The position numbers and the translations under genes were made by a program. Under the pieces are notes generated by a model. That model made no database searches, was not told the origin of the DNA, and worked only from the letters and a program-made list of their open reading frames with translations. Below are positions 24,401 through 34,800 of a stretch of 64,000 nt of DNA, one piece after another. The stretch lies in contig MEDY01000005.1 of assembly GCA_001724265.1 (NCBI GenBank), forward strand, positions 62,001 to 126,000, written 5' to 3'. The DNA is from Rhizaria sp. SCN 62-66 (Eukaryota). Each line of letters begins with the position of its first letter. The first letter of the stretch is position 1.

Positions 24401-27400
24401 GCGGCCGAGGCGCGGCTTGACTTGCTGAAGCGCGAGGGTGAGCTAGACCTCGCGCGCGCCCATGCGGCCTGCGACGAGAGGCTGCAGCTGAAGCAGGCGC
24501 AGCACGAGCGTGACCGCGAGCGCGACTGCGCGCAGCTGCAGGCCGACCGTGCGCAGTTGCAGAGGGACCGTGAGCAGCTACGCGGCGAGCGCGAGCAGCT
24601 CCTCCGCGACTGTGGGCAGTCCGAGGCAGCGTACATTCAGTCGCACGCCGCACGCGTGGCTGCAGAGGCGCAGCAGCAGGTGGCGCGGGCCCAGCGCGAC
24701 GCTGCGCACGCCCAAGAGGCTGCGGCCGCGGCTGCGACGGCAACTGAGGTGGCGGAGGCGGAGACGCACCGCGTGACGCTCGCGCTCGCGAGCAAGGAGC
24801 GCGATATGAGCGCGCTGCAGCGGCGTGTAAGGGCCCTGGAGGGCGATCTAAAGGCCGCAGCGGGTCAGGCCGAGACGGCTGATGAACAAACGCAGATGGC
24901 CAAGGCCGAGGCTGAGACGGAGCGCGAGAAGGCGAGGGTTGCGGTGCGGCTGGAGACCGAAGCCAGGGCCAAGCTGGGTGAACTGGAGGGCAAGATGGCG
25001 CTCGAGGTGCGTTGATGTCGGCAAATGACGCCAATCATCGAATTCTAACATCTTCATATGCATTGATACTCACTTCGACATTCACATTTATTCTTTTACT
25101 TCTCGATATTAGGTGCACAAGCAAGTTGCTGCGCGCACCGATGCCGCCGTCAAACACGCAGTCTCGGTCGAAATCTATCGCCGAGAGCAAGTCGAGGTAT
25201 GTCATTGAGATTCATACGAAAGAACAGACCCGCAACTCGCACGCTTTTAATATCATCTCACCAAAGCACACAAAATCATTTGATCTTTGTTTCGCAGGCC
25301 GAGTTGGCCCATCTGCGGTCCTCTCTGTCGGCCACGACGCTGGCCCTGACTCGCCAGCACGAGCGCGACAGCGCCGCGCTTGCCGCAAAGGTGGCCGTGG
25401 CGAGCACGAGGGCCAAGGCCTCCGCGGTGGCTGCCGTTGCAACTAGCGACGTTCACAGCAACACAAACACTGTGTCTAACTCTAGCTCGAACACGAGCAG
25501 TGTGACGAGCGTGAACACGCAGCTTCCCTTGCCGTCGCACCCACAGAGCCAGTTTTACTCGCAGTCGTACTCGCTGCCGTCCTCGCAGCCACAGTCCATG
25601 CCCCAGTTGCAGCCACAGCCGCACTTGCAACTGCACTCCCAATGCCCTCCCAGCCCGTCACTACTCAGTGTTGCATCGACGTTGAGCAACAACAATATCA
25701 ATGCTTACAGTCGTCAGCTAGCTGGTGGCTCTCAGTTTCACTCGCTTGCCGGCGGTGTGCCTCCCCCAACACAAGGCGGCTTTCCTTCCACACACGACGG
25801 CCTAACTTTTGCGGGCGCCGATATGATGGCGGCTCGCAGTATGTGGGTGCAGGACAGCACGACCCGCCAGCAGCAACACGCACAACAGCTGCTACAGCAG
25901 CAGCAACAACAACTTCTGCACTCGCATCAGCAGCAGCAGCAACAACAACAACAAGCCCACTCTCAACACAGTCGTGGTGGTCCTCTAAGTGCCAGCCCGA
26001 ATCTCCCCAACTAGATCAATAGCAGCAACAATACCACCAGCACTACTGGCGGCACGACTGCGCACTCGGCTTCTGGTGCGAGCGCCGCCGCCTCTGTCAC
26101 CCCAGTCGCTCCCCCGTCCGCGCTGTCCGCCGTCCACGCGCAGTGCCCGTGCCCGACCGTGCCGGTACCGCTGCCGCCGTCCTGCCTGCTGCTTGCGGGC
26201 CCGCCGCTGGCGGAGGACCTGGCGGCTGTGGTTGCACACGGGCGCCGCGGGCCGCTGCAGCGCGCGCAGGACGGCGAGCGCGCGCGGCTGGAAGACTGCG
26301 AGCGGGATGAGGCGTGGGAGAGCGCCCGGGAGCGGGTGGCAAGGGCGGTGTCGCGCTACGCGGTAGCGGCCGTGGGCACCAACGCGGGGAAGGCAGTGCC
26401 GGTGGGCAGAAAGGGTGCGGGCGGTGAAGGGAGTTGCTCTGATAGTGCTGAGCACAGTCATGATCTGAGTGCCGATAGCGCTGATGCAAACGGTGATATC
26501 ACGCAGCAGCCAAAGCACAAGCAAAGTCAGAAGACGCAGCATCAGCGGCACCAGGAGCAGCGGCCAGACGTTCAGGCTGCCGACAAGTATCGTGGCATGT
26601 GCCGCTGTTGCGGCATTATTGCGCCGCCTGCGAGCAGTGGTGTCAACACGCAGTCAACGCAGCAATGCGCGTCATGCCTGAACAACATGAATGGCACGGA
26701 CGCGAGCATGCGCCCGAGTCCTGCTGATGTCTCTCCGACTGCTGATGACTTCGGGGCTGCTTCTGTCGAAACTCACGATTTCAACAACAATAGCAACGAT
26801 ATGTTATCCTCGTCAGTTCTGTCCACATCATCGTCGCTGTCAACGCTGCCATTGACAGCCGGAAACAAGTCCAGTCGCGCATATGCAAGCATGAACGCGA
26901 GCAGTGTTGGAAACACTTCGTTGAGTGCGGTTGGCGTTAGAGGTGTTGTGGGCGCAAGGATGCGGCTTCCCCCTCGAGCACTTGCAACTGACGCCACCAC
27001 AAATTCGAGTCGCACAAGTGTAAATGCGAGCGCTGCAAGGCCGACTTCCATGAACGGCACCACCAGCAGGTCGAGCGTGTCGAATAACCCCACCACGGGC
27101 GCTCACCATCAAAGCAGCACAGTTCACAGCCGTCGTTCCAGCAGTGTTGCTGTTGATGCTGGCGATCACATCAGCAGTCGCCGCAACTCTGCAAGCCTCA
27201 ACACCCCGCTAGAGAGCCTTACAGCAAAGGCTGCTGCGGCGAAGGCCGCCGCTGCTGCCGCCGTTGCTGCGGCGGAGGCTGCTGAGGCCGAGGCCGATGC
27301 TGAAATGAAGGCTCACGCAAGAGGGGCGAAGCACAGAGGCGAGCAAAGCGGCCTCAGCGCCTTCACAGGCTACGCCAACGTGACTTACGGGGGCGGTGCA

Positions 27401-27616
27401 GTTCAAAGCAACAACGGTGGCACGTATGCTCAGGCGAACGCGAGCGCGAATGAGCGGGAGCACGCCGCAGAGAGGGCCAAGATCGCTCGCTACGCCGCGC
27501 TGAATCCTCGCTCGCAGTCGCTCACGCAGGCGTTGCCGTCACTCCACCCGCAACAAGGCGGGTACTTGCACGCGCAGGGCTACAACAACAATGCTAGTGG
27601 CGCTAGCCACCAGTAG
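20966..27616 (+). CDS. Giant coiled-coil protein containing an in-frame TAG at 26012-26014; the end may extend to TAA 27694
   Basis: Exons 20966-25006, 25113-25196 and 25298 onward. Track ORFs 25199-26014 and 26159-27616 are in the same frame and separated only by the one TAG. Long heptad-rich segments; a distal CRCC..CASC motif. Confidence 0.7.
21415..21462 (+). repeat. (CAG)16 microsatellite, read as poly-Ser (AGC)
   Basis: Perfect trinucleotide run inside the coiled-coil CDS. Confidence 0.9.
22422..23070 (+). repeat. 28-bp exact direct repeat (22422-22449 and 23043-23070) marking an internal duplication, RLWERDCDL
   Basis: AGCGGCTGTGGGAGCGCGACTGCGACCT occurs twice in frame, and the flanking peptides are also similar. 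Confidence 0.85.
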
Positions 27617-28248
27617 CATCAGTCGTTTGTGCAGTCAAATAAGGGAGAGACGAGGGCACGGACTCCTTTAGATGAGTTCCTGTATCGAATCTAAGTCTTG
27701 CGTCATGTGCTGTGACGCAAAAGCACATTACGGAAAAGAATGTCGAAGTACGATTACACTTCTCTGTTGAACTCTATTTTATCTAGTCAGTGATTAAAAA
27801 TAATACATGTTTTAGCTCTACACTCCCTTTACGTATGCATGATATAGAGTCGTAGACTGAATTGTAAAGCTTTATTGCAAAGCGTTGATGAAATAAACAG
27901 AGAAATAAAAGGATAATAGAGCTGAAAAAAAGAGTAGTAGAGATACAACTGAAAGTGATGGTAACTCGGCTAAGAAACGACATGCAATATAGTGTTAAAC
28001 AAGTCTATAGAGTGGGTATTCATCGCAGGAAATGCTACCTAAAGCGTCACCTTTGAAACAATGAACCCAGTGCATAAACAACACAACATGGCACTTGAGT
28101 GATAAAGCGCAGTGAAAACAAATCGATAACAGAAAAATAAAAGAGGAATAAGACCTGTACAGACTAACATCGTGAGTCCATGAACTTGGACTCTCTTTAC
28201 TGTTGATGTTGTTGCGGTGTACTTATTATCGCTTCACCAATAAGAAGC

Positions 28249-30693
28249 TTAGAAGAGCTTCTGCTGCTGCTGCGCCACCCAAGCCGCGACGGCCTCGGCG
28301 GCCTCCTTGCCCACAGTAACTGCCTGGTTGCTCATCGCGCTCACGGTCACCTGGCCGCGCACGACGGCCTCGGCGGCCGCAGCGACGGCGTCAGCGTATG
28401 CGACGCCAGCGTCCGCGTACACCGCGGCGGCCTTGGCCGAGAGCTCGGCGACCGAGGGCGCTATGTGCGCGTCGGAGAAGGCGACGGCGGCGTCGGTCCA
28501 CTCGGCGGGGCCAAAGTGGGCGGCGAGCGCGGCGGCGGCGGCCAGCAGGAGCACCACAGCAGCCACAACAAGCATGACGGAGCCGGCCTTGCCGCTGCCG
28601 GCCTTAACGGTCTTCTTGGCGGCGGCAGCGGCCTTCTTGGCCTCGGCCTTGGCCTTGGCGGCGGCGGCCTTGGTCATCTTCTTGCTGCTGGGCGTGCTCT
28701 TGACACTGGCGCTGGCGCCGCCCTCGGTGTTGTGGGCGAGCAACGCGGTCTCCTCGGCCTCGAGCTGGTCGAAGTCGATGATGCTGACGGGCGCGAGTAC
28801 GACACCGTCGATGCCGTGGCTGAGCCCGGCGCCCTCGACCTCGCCGACGATCTGCGCGGCCTTGGTGACCGAGAGCTCGACGTCGACGACGCCGCGCGGG
28901 CGCATCGGGGTCGCCACGGTCAAGTCGGCGACGACCTTGGAGAAGACGCGGCCGGGCGTGTCGCGCGCAGTCGCCGTCGCGGCCACGGCGGCCATGCGGC
29001 GCGGCGTGCCAGTGAGCGCCGAGTACACCGAGTCAACCGCGCCCAGCAGCGCGTTCTTGACCTTCTTGGCGGGGGTGTTGCTGGCGGCGGCGAGCGCGAG
29101 CGTCTGGCCCGCGATGGTCATCTTGAGCGCCTCCTCCCCGGCGGCGGCGGCGGCGGCGGAGTCGTCGCGCACGCGCGAGCTGGAGCGCGAGCGCGAGCGC
29201 GCGATCGCGGCGCGCACGTCGCACTTGTGGTCGTCCATGCGAGCGGAGTCGGCCGCAAAAGATGCGAGCACGGCGGCCACGTCGGCGTCCGACACGCAGA
29301 GGCCGAGCTCGGCCTTGGACGGGTCCGCTTCGGAGCTAGAGCGCGAGCGGGAGCGCGAGCTCTCCATAGTAGAGGGACGGGGCACGGCGGCGGCCTCGGC
29401 CTCCGTCTCGGCGTCGAGCTCGTCCGCAGTGATGGTCTCAGCGTCGGCGCTCGCACTGGCGTTGGCGGACTGAGCAGCCTCAGCCTCGGTGGTGGAGCCG
29501 TTGCTGGCAGGGACGGGGAGGTGACCGTGGAAGCTGAGGCCGCCGCTGACAAGGCTCTTGCGGCGGCTCGCACTCGCCTTTGCAGTAGCCGTGCTTGCGG
29601 TGCCGTTGGTGGCGGCCTCGGCGGCGGCAGCAGCGGCGGGCGCGAGCGCGAAGCCTGCGGCGGGGGCGGGCGCGGGGGCCGAGGCACGCAGCAGCGACGC
29701 GCGGTTCACGCGGGGCTTGATGTCGGGGGAGTTGAGCGCGGCGACGAGAGAGGCGCGACGGCGGCTGCCAGCGCTCTTGGAAGCATCGGCGGCAGCGACG
29801 GGCTCGGCCTCGGTGTCGGCGTGGTCGTCGCCGTTGTCGGTGATGGGGATGTCAGCACAACCACAAACAACGTCAGCCTCAGCCTCCTCCTCTTCCTCCT
29901 CATTGTCGTCGTCGTTGTCCTCATCGTCGGTGGTCTGGTTGTTGTAGTCGGTCACGTCCGTCTCCGTCTGCGGCTCCTCCTTCTCGAACATGCGGATCAT
30001 CGGACTCTTGAAGCTCACCGTGAGACGCTTGGCGCGCTTCTTCTCGGCCTCAGTCTCCTCAGCAGTCGCAGCAACATTGTTTCTAGCAACAGCGCCTCTG
30101 GTGACACGCCCAGTGTTAACAGGCGTTGACAAACTCTTGCGGGCAGCCTTCGCGCTCGCGCTGCTGGAGCTCGCGGGGGCCGGGGCCGCGAAGGCATCAG
30201 TGAAGAAGTCGGAGGGGAGCTCGTTCTCCCAGTTCGAGTTGCTGAACTGGGCCTCGAACGCAGCGTTCTCCTTGTCCACGGCAGCCTCCATCACGCTCTC
30301 GCGCTCCTCCTGTTCCTTGATGGCCGCGGCAGCAGCCTTGGTGACGCGGCGCTTGGGCGCGGCGGCGGCGGCGACGACGGGGGCCGAAACGGCAGCGGCG
30401 AGCGGGCCCGCCTTGGAAGTCGTCATCACCGACTGACGACGCGTCATACGCATGGTGCCCGCGGCAACGGCGGCGGCCTTGGCGGCGTCGACCGTAGCGG
30501 ACGGCGCGTCGACGGCGGCGTTCGCGGAGGCCGAGGACGGCAGGGCCTGGAGCAGCGTGGTGCGGCGGGCGCTGGTGCGAGTGCCGGCAGTCGCGGTCGC
30601 CGTAGAAGCGGCGGGGGCCGCGGAAACGGCGACAGGCTTCAGCGGGGCAGCGGTGCCAGTCGCAAGGGTAGCGCGGCGGGTTCGAGTGAGCAT
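28249..30693 (-). CDS. Uncharacterised Ala-rich protein with a near-C-terminal transmembrane helix
   Basis: 814-aa intronless ORF with host-like codon usage. TM segment VMLVVAAVVLLLAAAAALAAHF; linear motifs DKEN, KRLTVSF, several RRxS/T and S/TP sites. Confidence 0.8.
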   Translation of the reverse strand: MLTRTRRATLATGTAAPLKPVAVSAAPAASTATATAGTRTSARRTTLLQALPSSASANAAVDAPSATVDAAKAAAVAAGTMRMTRRQSVMTTSKAGPLAAAVSAPVVAAAAAPKRRVTKAAAAAIKEQEERESVMEAAVDKENAAFEAQFSNSNWENELPSDFFTDAFAAPAPASSSSASAKAARKSLSTPVNTGRVTRGAVARNNVAATAEETEAEKKRAKRLTVSFKSPMIRMFEKEEPQTETDVTDYNNQTTDDEDNDDDNEEEEEEAEADVVCGCADIPITDNGDDHADTEAEPVAAADASKSAGSRRRASLVAALNSPDIKPRVNRASLLRASAPAPAPAAGFALAPAAAAAAEAATNGTASTATAKASASRRKSLVSGGLSFHGHLPVPASNGSTTEAEAAQSANASASADAETITADELDAETEAEAAAVPRPSTMESSRSRSRSSSEADPSKAELGLCVSDADVAAVLASFAADSARMDDHKCDVRAAIARSRSRSSSRVRDDSAAAAAAGEEALKMTIAGQTLALAAASNTPAKKVKNALLGAVDSVYSALTGTPRRMAAVAATATARDTPGRVFSKVVADLTVATPMRPRGVVDVELSVTKAAQIVGEVEGAGLSHGIDGVVLAPVSIIDFDQLEAEETALLAHNTEGGASASVKSTPSSKKMTKAAAAKAKAEAKKAAAAAKKTVKAGSGKAGSVMLVVAAVVLLLAAAAALAAHFGPAEWTDAAVAFSDAHIAPSVAELSAKAAAVYADAGVAYADAVAAAAEAVVRGQVTVSAMSNQAVTVGKEAAEAVAAWVAQQQQKLF

Positions 30694-30919
30694 GGCGCGC
30701 TAAGGAATAAAGCAGGGGGCAGGACCGGATGGAAGGGCAAAGACGTGGATTAGTAGGATTGTCATGGCGGAAAACGGTTCCGTGAATATACCAACGATAT
30801 AAGAGTGAAAACAAGATATACATCGGTTAAATAATATTTATCATAATAATAAACCTATTGAGTCGTGTTTCATTGTCAAAAACGGAGGGCTTACAACGAA
30901 TTTCTGTATTGCAAAAAGT

Positions 30920-30953
30920 ATGCCGTTGGGCTCTGCTCCTTCTAGCCGTTGGC
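30920..30953 (-). promoter_or_regulatory. Tandem MSA-like (CAACGG) Myb sites upstream of the KEN/RVxF gene
   Basis: Minus strand reads CCCAACGGCAT (30920-30930) and GCCAACGGCTA (30943-30953). Confidence 0.35.
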
Positions 30954-31845
30954 TGCTGCGCGAGGGAGCAAGTGGGAGGCGCGCGGTTCCAGTTCCCAAA
31001 AAATCGAGAGGGGGCAGCTCCGACCACCGATGTTCTGCAGAATGTCGATGCACTCGCTGGTTTGTCGAAGTAATAATGCATGGTTTGGTTATGGTTACCA
31101 CAAACACTATTTGATGATATTTTAAATGCGTGTGCTGCAAATGCCGCTAGAGCAGTCGCGCACTCAGACGTCTTAGTCGGCCATTTGCCCCCTACAGTCG
31201 CAGTCACAACACAACCACCTCGAGGCAGGTTTACATAGCCTTTCTTGCGCTGTATAACAAAATAACCAGTGAGCTGGGACGGGTTAGTGTGTTTTCCATG
31301 CTATGCGCACAGTCGCAGCTTTATACGCACTTGCTATGCTGTGTCTGCACCGGCTGAAGTCAGTCACTTCTAGTTCAGCCCATCTCTGAGATATCCACCT
31401 CTTCGCGCACGGGCTCCTGCTACAGAGCGATCGCTCTATGGAACTCTTCTACTCTTACAGTATATAACAATACTCACTCTTTTTCCAATTTTGTTTTTCT
31501 TCTTCCTGCTCTTATCCTTCCGGAACTGCGACGTCTTTACTCCCTTCTTCTGTGTTCCAACCTAAATCACACTTGCCACACAAAACTCTGTCGCCAACGC
31601 GCGAACACGCGAACCCGTACACGTGGTGTTCCCCACAATAGCGCGTACGTTGTCCCTCTCTGTAGTGACTGCGCCCCGCATTCCTGCAACCCTCACGCCA
31701 GAGCACCGCGCTTTCCCAACTCAACCTCGCTTTGATTTACCCCGATCACTAAGAGCAGGAGCAGCAGCAAGCGCCTCGGTTCTCCGCGCCTCGCTCGCCA
31801 CTCCCCGCCGTCGCCCGCTCGCCCGCCCCGCGCCGCCGAGCCCCG

Positions 31846-34800
31846 ATGGCGTCCACGAACCCGCTAAACAAGGCGCCGCCCGCGCGCGTGGCTGACTACT
31901 TCACCACCATCGGCGCCTCCCCGTCCGCGCTCATCTCCATCCTCACTGCCTATACCTTTAGCGCCAGCTCCGTCGGCCTCGGCGCCGGCGCCGTCGGGGG
32001 CAGCGGCTCCAACGTCGGCGTCGCCGGCGGGGCACCCCTCGCTATTACAGAGTCGGGCTCCGCCGTCTCAGCCGACGGCAACGCGCGCACCGCTAGCGCC
32101 AGCGCCAGTGTCAGCGTCGCGCCCAACGCATCCAGTGCTCCGGGCGCGGCCGGGCGCAACACGGCCTCGCCCTCGGTCGCGTCGGCGTCCAGCTCCACCG
32201 CCACGAACCCCGGCGGCAGCGCGCTGGACCACTCCAACTCCGCCAGCGCCAGCGCCATCGCGGCCGCGGGCGCTGGCGGCAGTGCGACGGCGGCCTTCTC
32301 CCGCGCCGTGTCGTCGCTGCGGCGGCAGTCGCTGGCGTCGACGCCGCTGAAGCCCGCGGTGCTGTCGCGCTTCCCGCCCGTGGACCACGCCGACACGGAG
32401 CACCCGCGTGACCTCCCGCTCTTCGTCTTCCCCGCGGGCTACGCAGTGTCTGAGCGCCCGCAGCGGCCCGAGTGCGCGTCCTTCGTGCTCACAGAGGCCG
32501 ACGGCACGCGCGTCTACGGCGTCTACCTGCGCTTCCACCACGAGCTTCGCGACCTGGTGGACCAGCTTGCCGCCATCCACACACTCACCGCGCCGCCCGG
32601 CACGCCGCTGCCGTTCGATCCCGCCGTGTGCAAGGCCACGATGGGCCAGGCGTGGGTGCCCTTCGTCGTCTGCGTCACCTCGCACTGGGCCTTCCTCACG
32701 CAGCTCAGCTCCATGCTGCGCCAGCTCTTCCACAAGGTCATCCTCGCCAGCCAGGCGCTCAAGCAGAACCATGTACGTGCAGCCGGTAGACTGTCCTGTT
32801 TATAGATGAACTCGTGATATTTTATATCCGTGTGATGCGACTCAAAATACGTTTTCCTCTTGCTATCCTCATATATTCGCTTTCCAATCCCTTTCTTCCG
32901 CTTACTATGTTTTGCACACAACATAGGACCACGCGGCCTTCCTGTCGTCCTCGTCCTCTGTGCCCGGGGTGTCACTGTCCTCGCTGCCAGCCGACTTCGC
33001 CGTGTGGTCCGCGCCGCTGGAGCGCTACTACGCCAACATTATCTACGAGACGCCGCTGCCGCCGCCGGGCCGGCTCGTTGTCGAGTCACGCTCGCTGCCC
33101 ATGCCGCTCATCTTCGCGCGCCCGCCGCCGAACCGGCTGCCGCTGCGCGACTTCGCGCTCACCTCGCTCTTCCGCTGGTTGTCGATCGAGAACGTGATCC
33201 GCCTCTTTGTTGCCGTCACCACCGAGCGCCGCGTCCTCTTTGTCTCGCAGTACCCGGAACGGTACGTGAATGTAGATAGGCTTAATTAAAGCGCAAACTA
33301 GCGTTTGAACACTATTTGTACAAGTGATCGAAAATTTCCTTTTTTCCATCATAACGACACACATCTCACATATATTTACATTCACATTGCTTGTTATTGC
33401 ATTTCTAGTTTGACGATTGCGGCCGAGAGCATCTGCGCGCTCATCTTCCCCCTCTTCTGGCGCCACGTCTACATCCCGCTCATGCCGGCCGCGCTGACCG
33501 ACTTCGTGTGCGCGCCGATGCCCTACATCGTCGGCGTGCTGTCTTCGTACATGCCCGACGAGCTGATGTTGGACCAGGTCGTTGTCGTGCACCTAGACCG
33601 CAACCACCTCGACATGATCAACACGACCCTGCCGCCGCTGCCCGACGCGCGCGCGTCGTCGCTGCTGCGAGGGCTCAAGAAGGCCGTGCCCAGTGCGGAC
33701 CCGGCACAACCGCTGCACAACCCGACCGCCGCGGTCGACGACTTCAACGTCGAGGTCTGCTTCCTCAAGCTCTTCGTCAAGCTGCTGGGCACGTACCGCA
33801 ACTACCTCGAGGCGCCGGCCGAGTACGTGCTAGACAAGATCGACCGCGAGCGGCTGATGGCCGAGCATCCCGAGTCGGGCCCATTCCTGACCGAGTTTCT
33901 CGACACGCAGATGTTCCAGTGCTTCGTCGACGACCGGTACGAGGCCTCAGCGCAGGCCTGGGCCACGGCCGCCGTCGCTGCACACGGGCATCCGGGCCAC
34001 CACCTGCAGCAGCAGCAGCAGCAGCACCTGGACATCCTCTTCTTCGACGAGATGGTTGACAAGAGCAACGGCAAGCCGACGCCTTTTCTGACTGACACGT
34101 CGCAGGACCACGCGCGCCTGCCCGTCGTCGCAGTCAAGGCCAACTCCACTGCGCTGCCCAGCAACTGGCAGGAGCTCACCGGCGCATCGCTTGCCCACAC
34201 GGGCCTGCTCAGTATCAGCCACGACAGCGGCGACGCGGCCGCAGTGCTGGGCGCGGGCGGCAGCGCGAACCCGTACGAGCTGGGATGGCCACTGCTCGCG
34301 CACGCCGACTGGTTTACCCAGGGCGTGCGGCCAGTCACCCCGCTCGTTCCACTCACCAACGCAGCAGGCAGCAACGCCGCCGGCGCGCTCGCCAGTGGCA
34401 GCGCGGGCGCCGGCGGCGCGGCAGGCGGCCTGGCCAGCAGCAGCTCGAGCTCCAGCGCGGGCAGCAACGCCACTGCCACCACCTCCACAGGAGGCGGTAG
34501 TGGCGACCTGGGCCGGCTCAACCTGAAGTTCTTCGCGGACAAGCGGCTGTACACGCAGCACTTCCACGCGCTGCGGCTCAAGTCCTCGAAGCAAGACTCG
34601 CTGTTCAAGGACGTCGTGCGCTACCTGACCAACCAGCAAGCCTGCGACGAAGACATCGCGGCCGGCGTCGACAAGCTCTGCGCGGCCACAGTCAACGCTA
34701 CTCCGCTCGTCACGGCGACGAGCATCGACAAGCCGTGGCAGACGATCCTGACGTCGCTCGAGGCGCACGCGCACCGCGACGCCGTGCTGCTGCAGCAGTC

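Noticed and set aside
26159-27616. Independent 485-aa gene as listed in the ORF track
   Set aside because: It starts at GTG, has no promoter-like spacer, and is in frame with the upstream exon, so it is treated as part of the coiled-coil gene.
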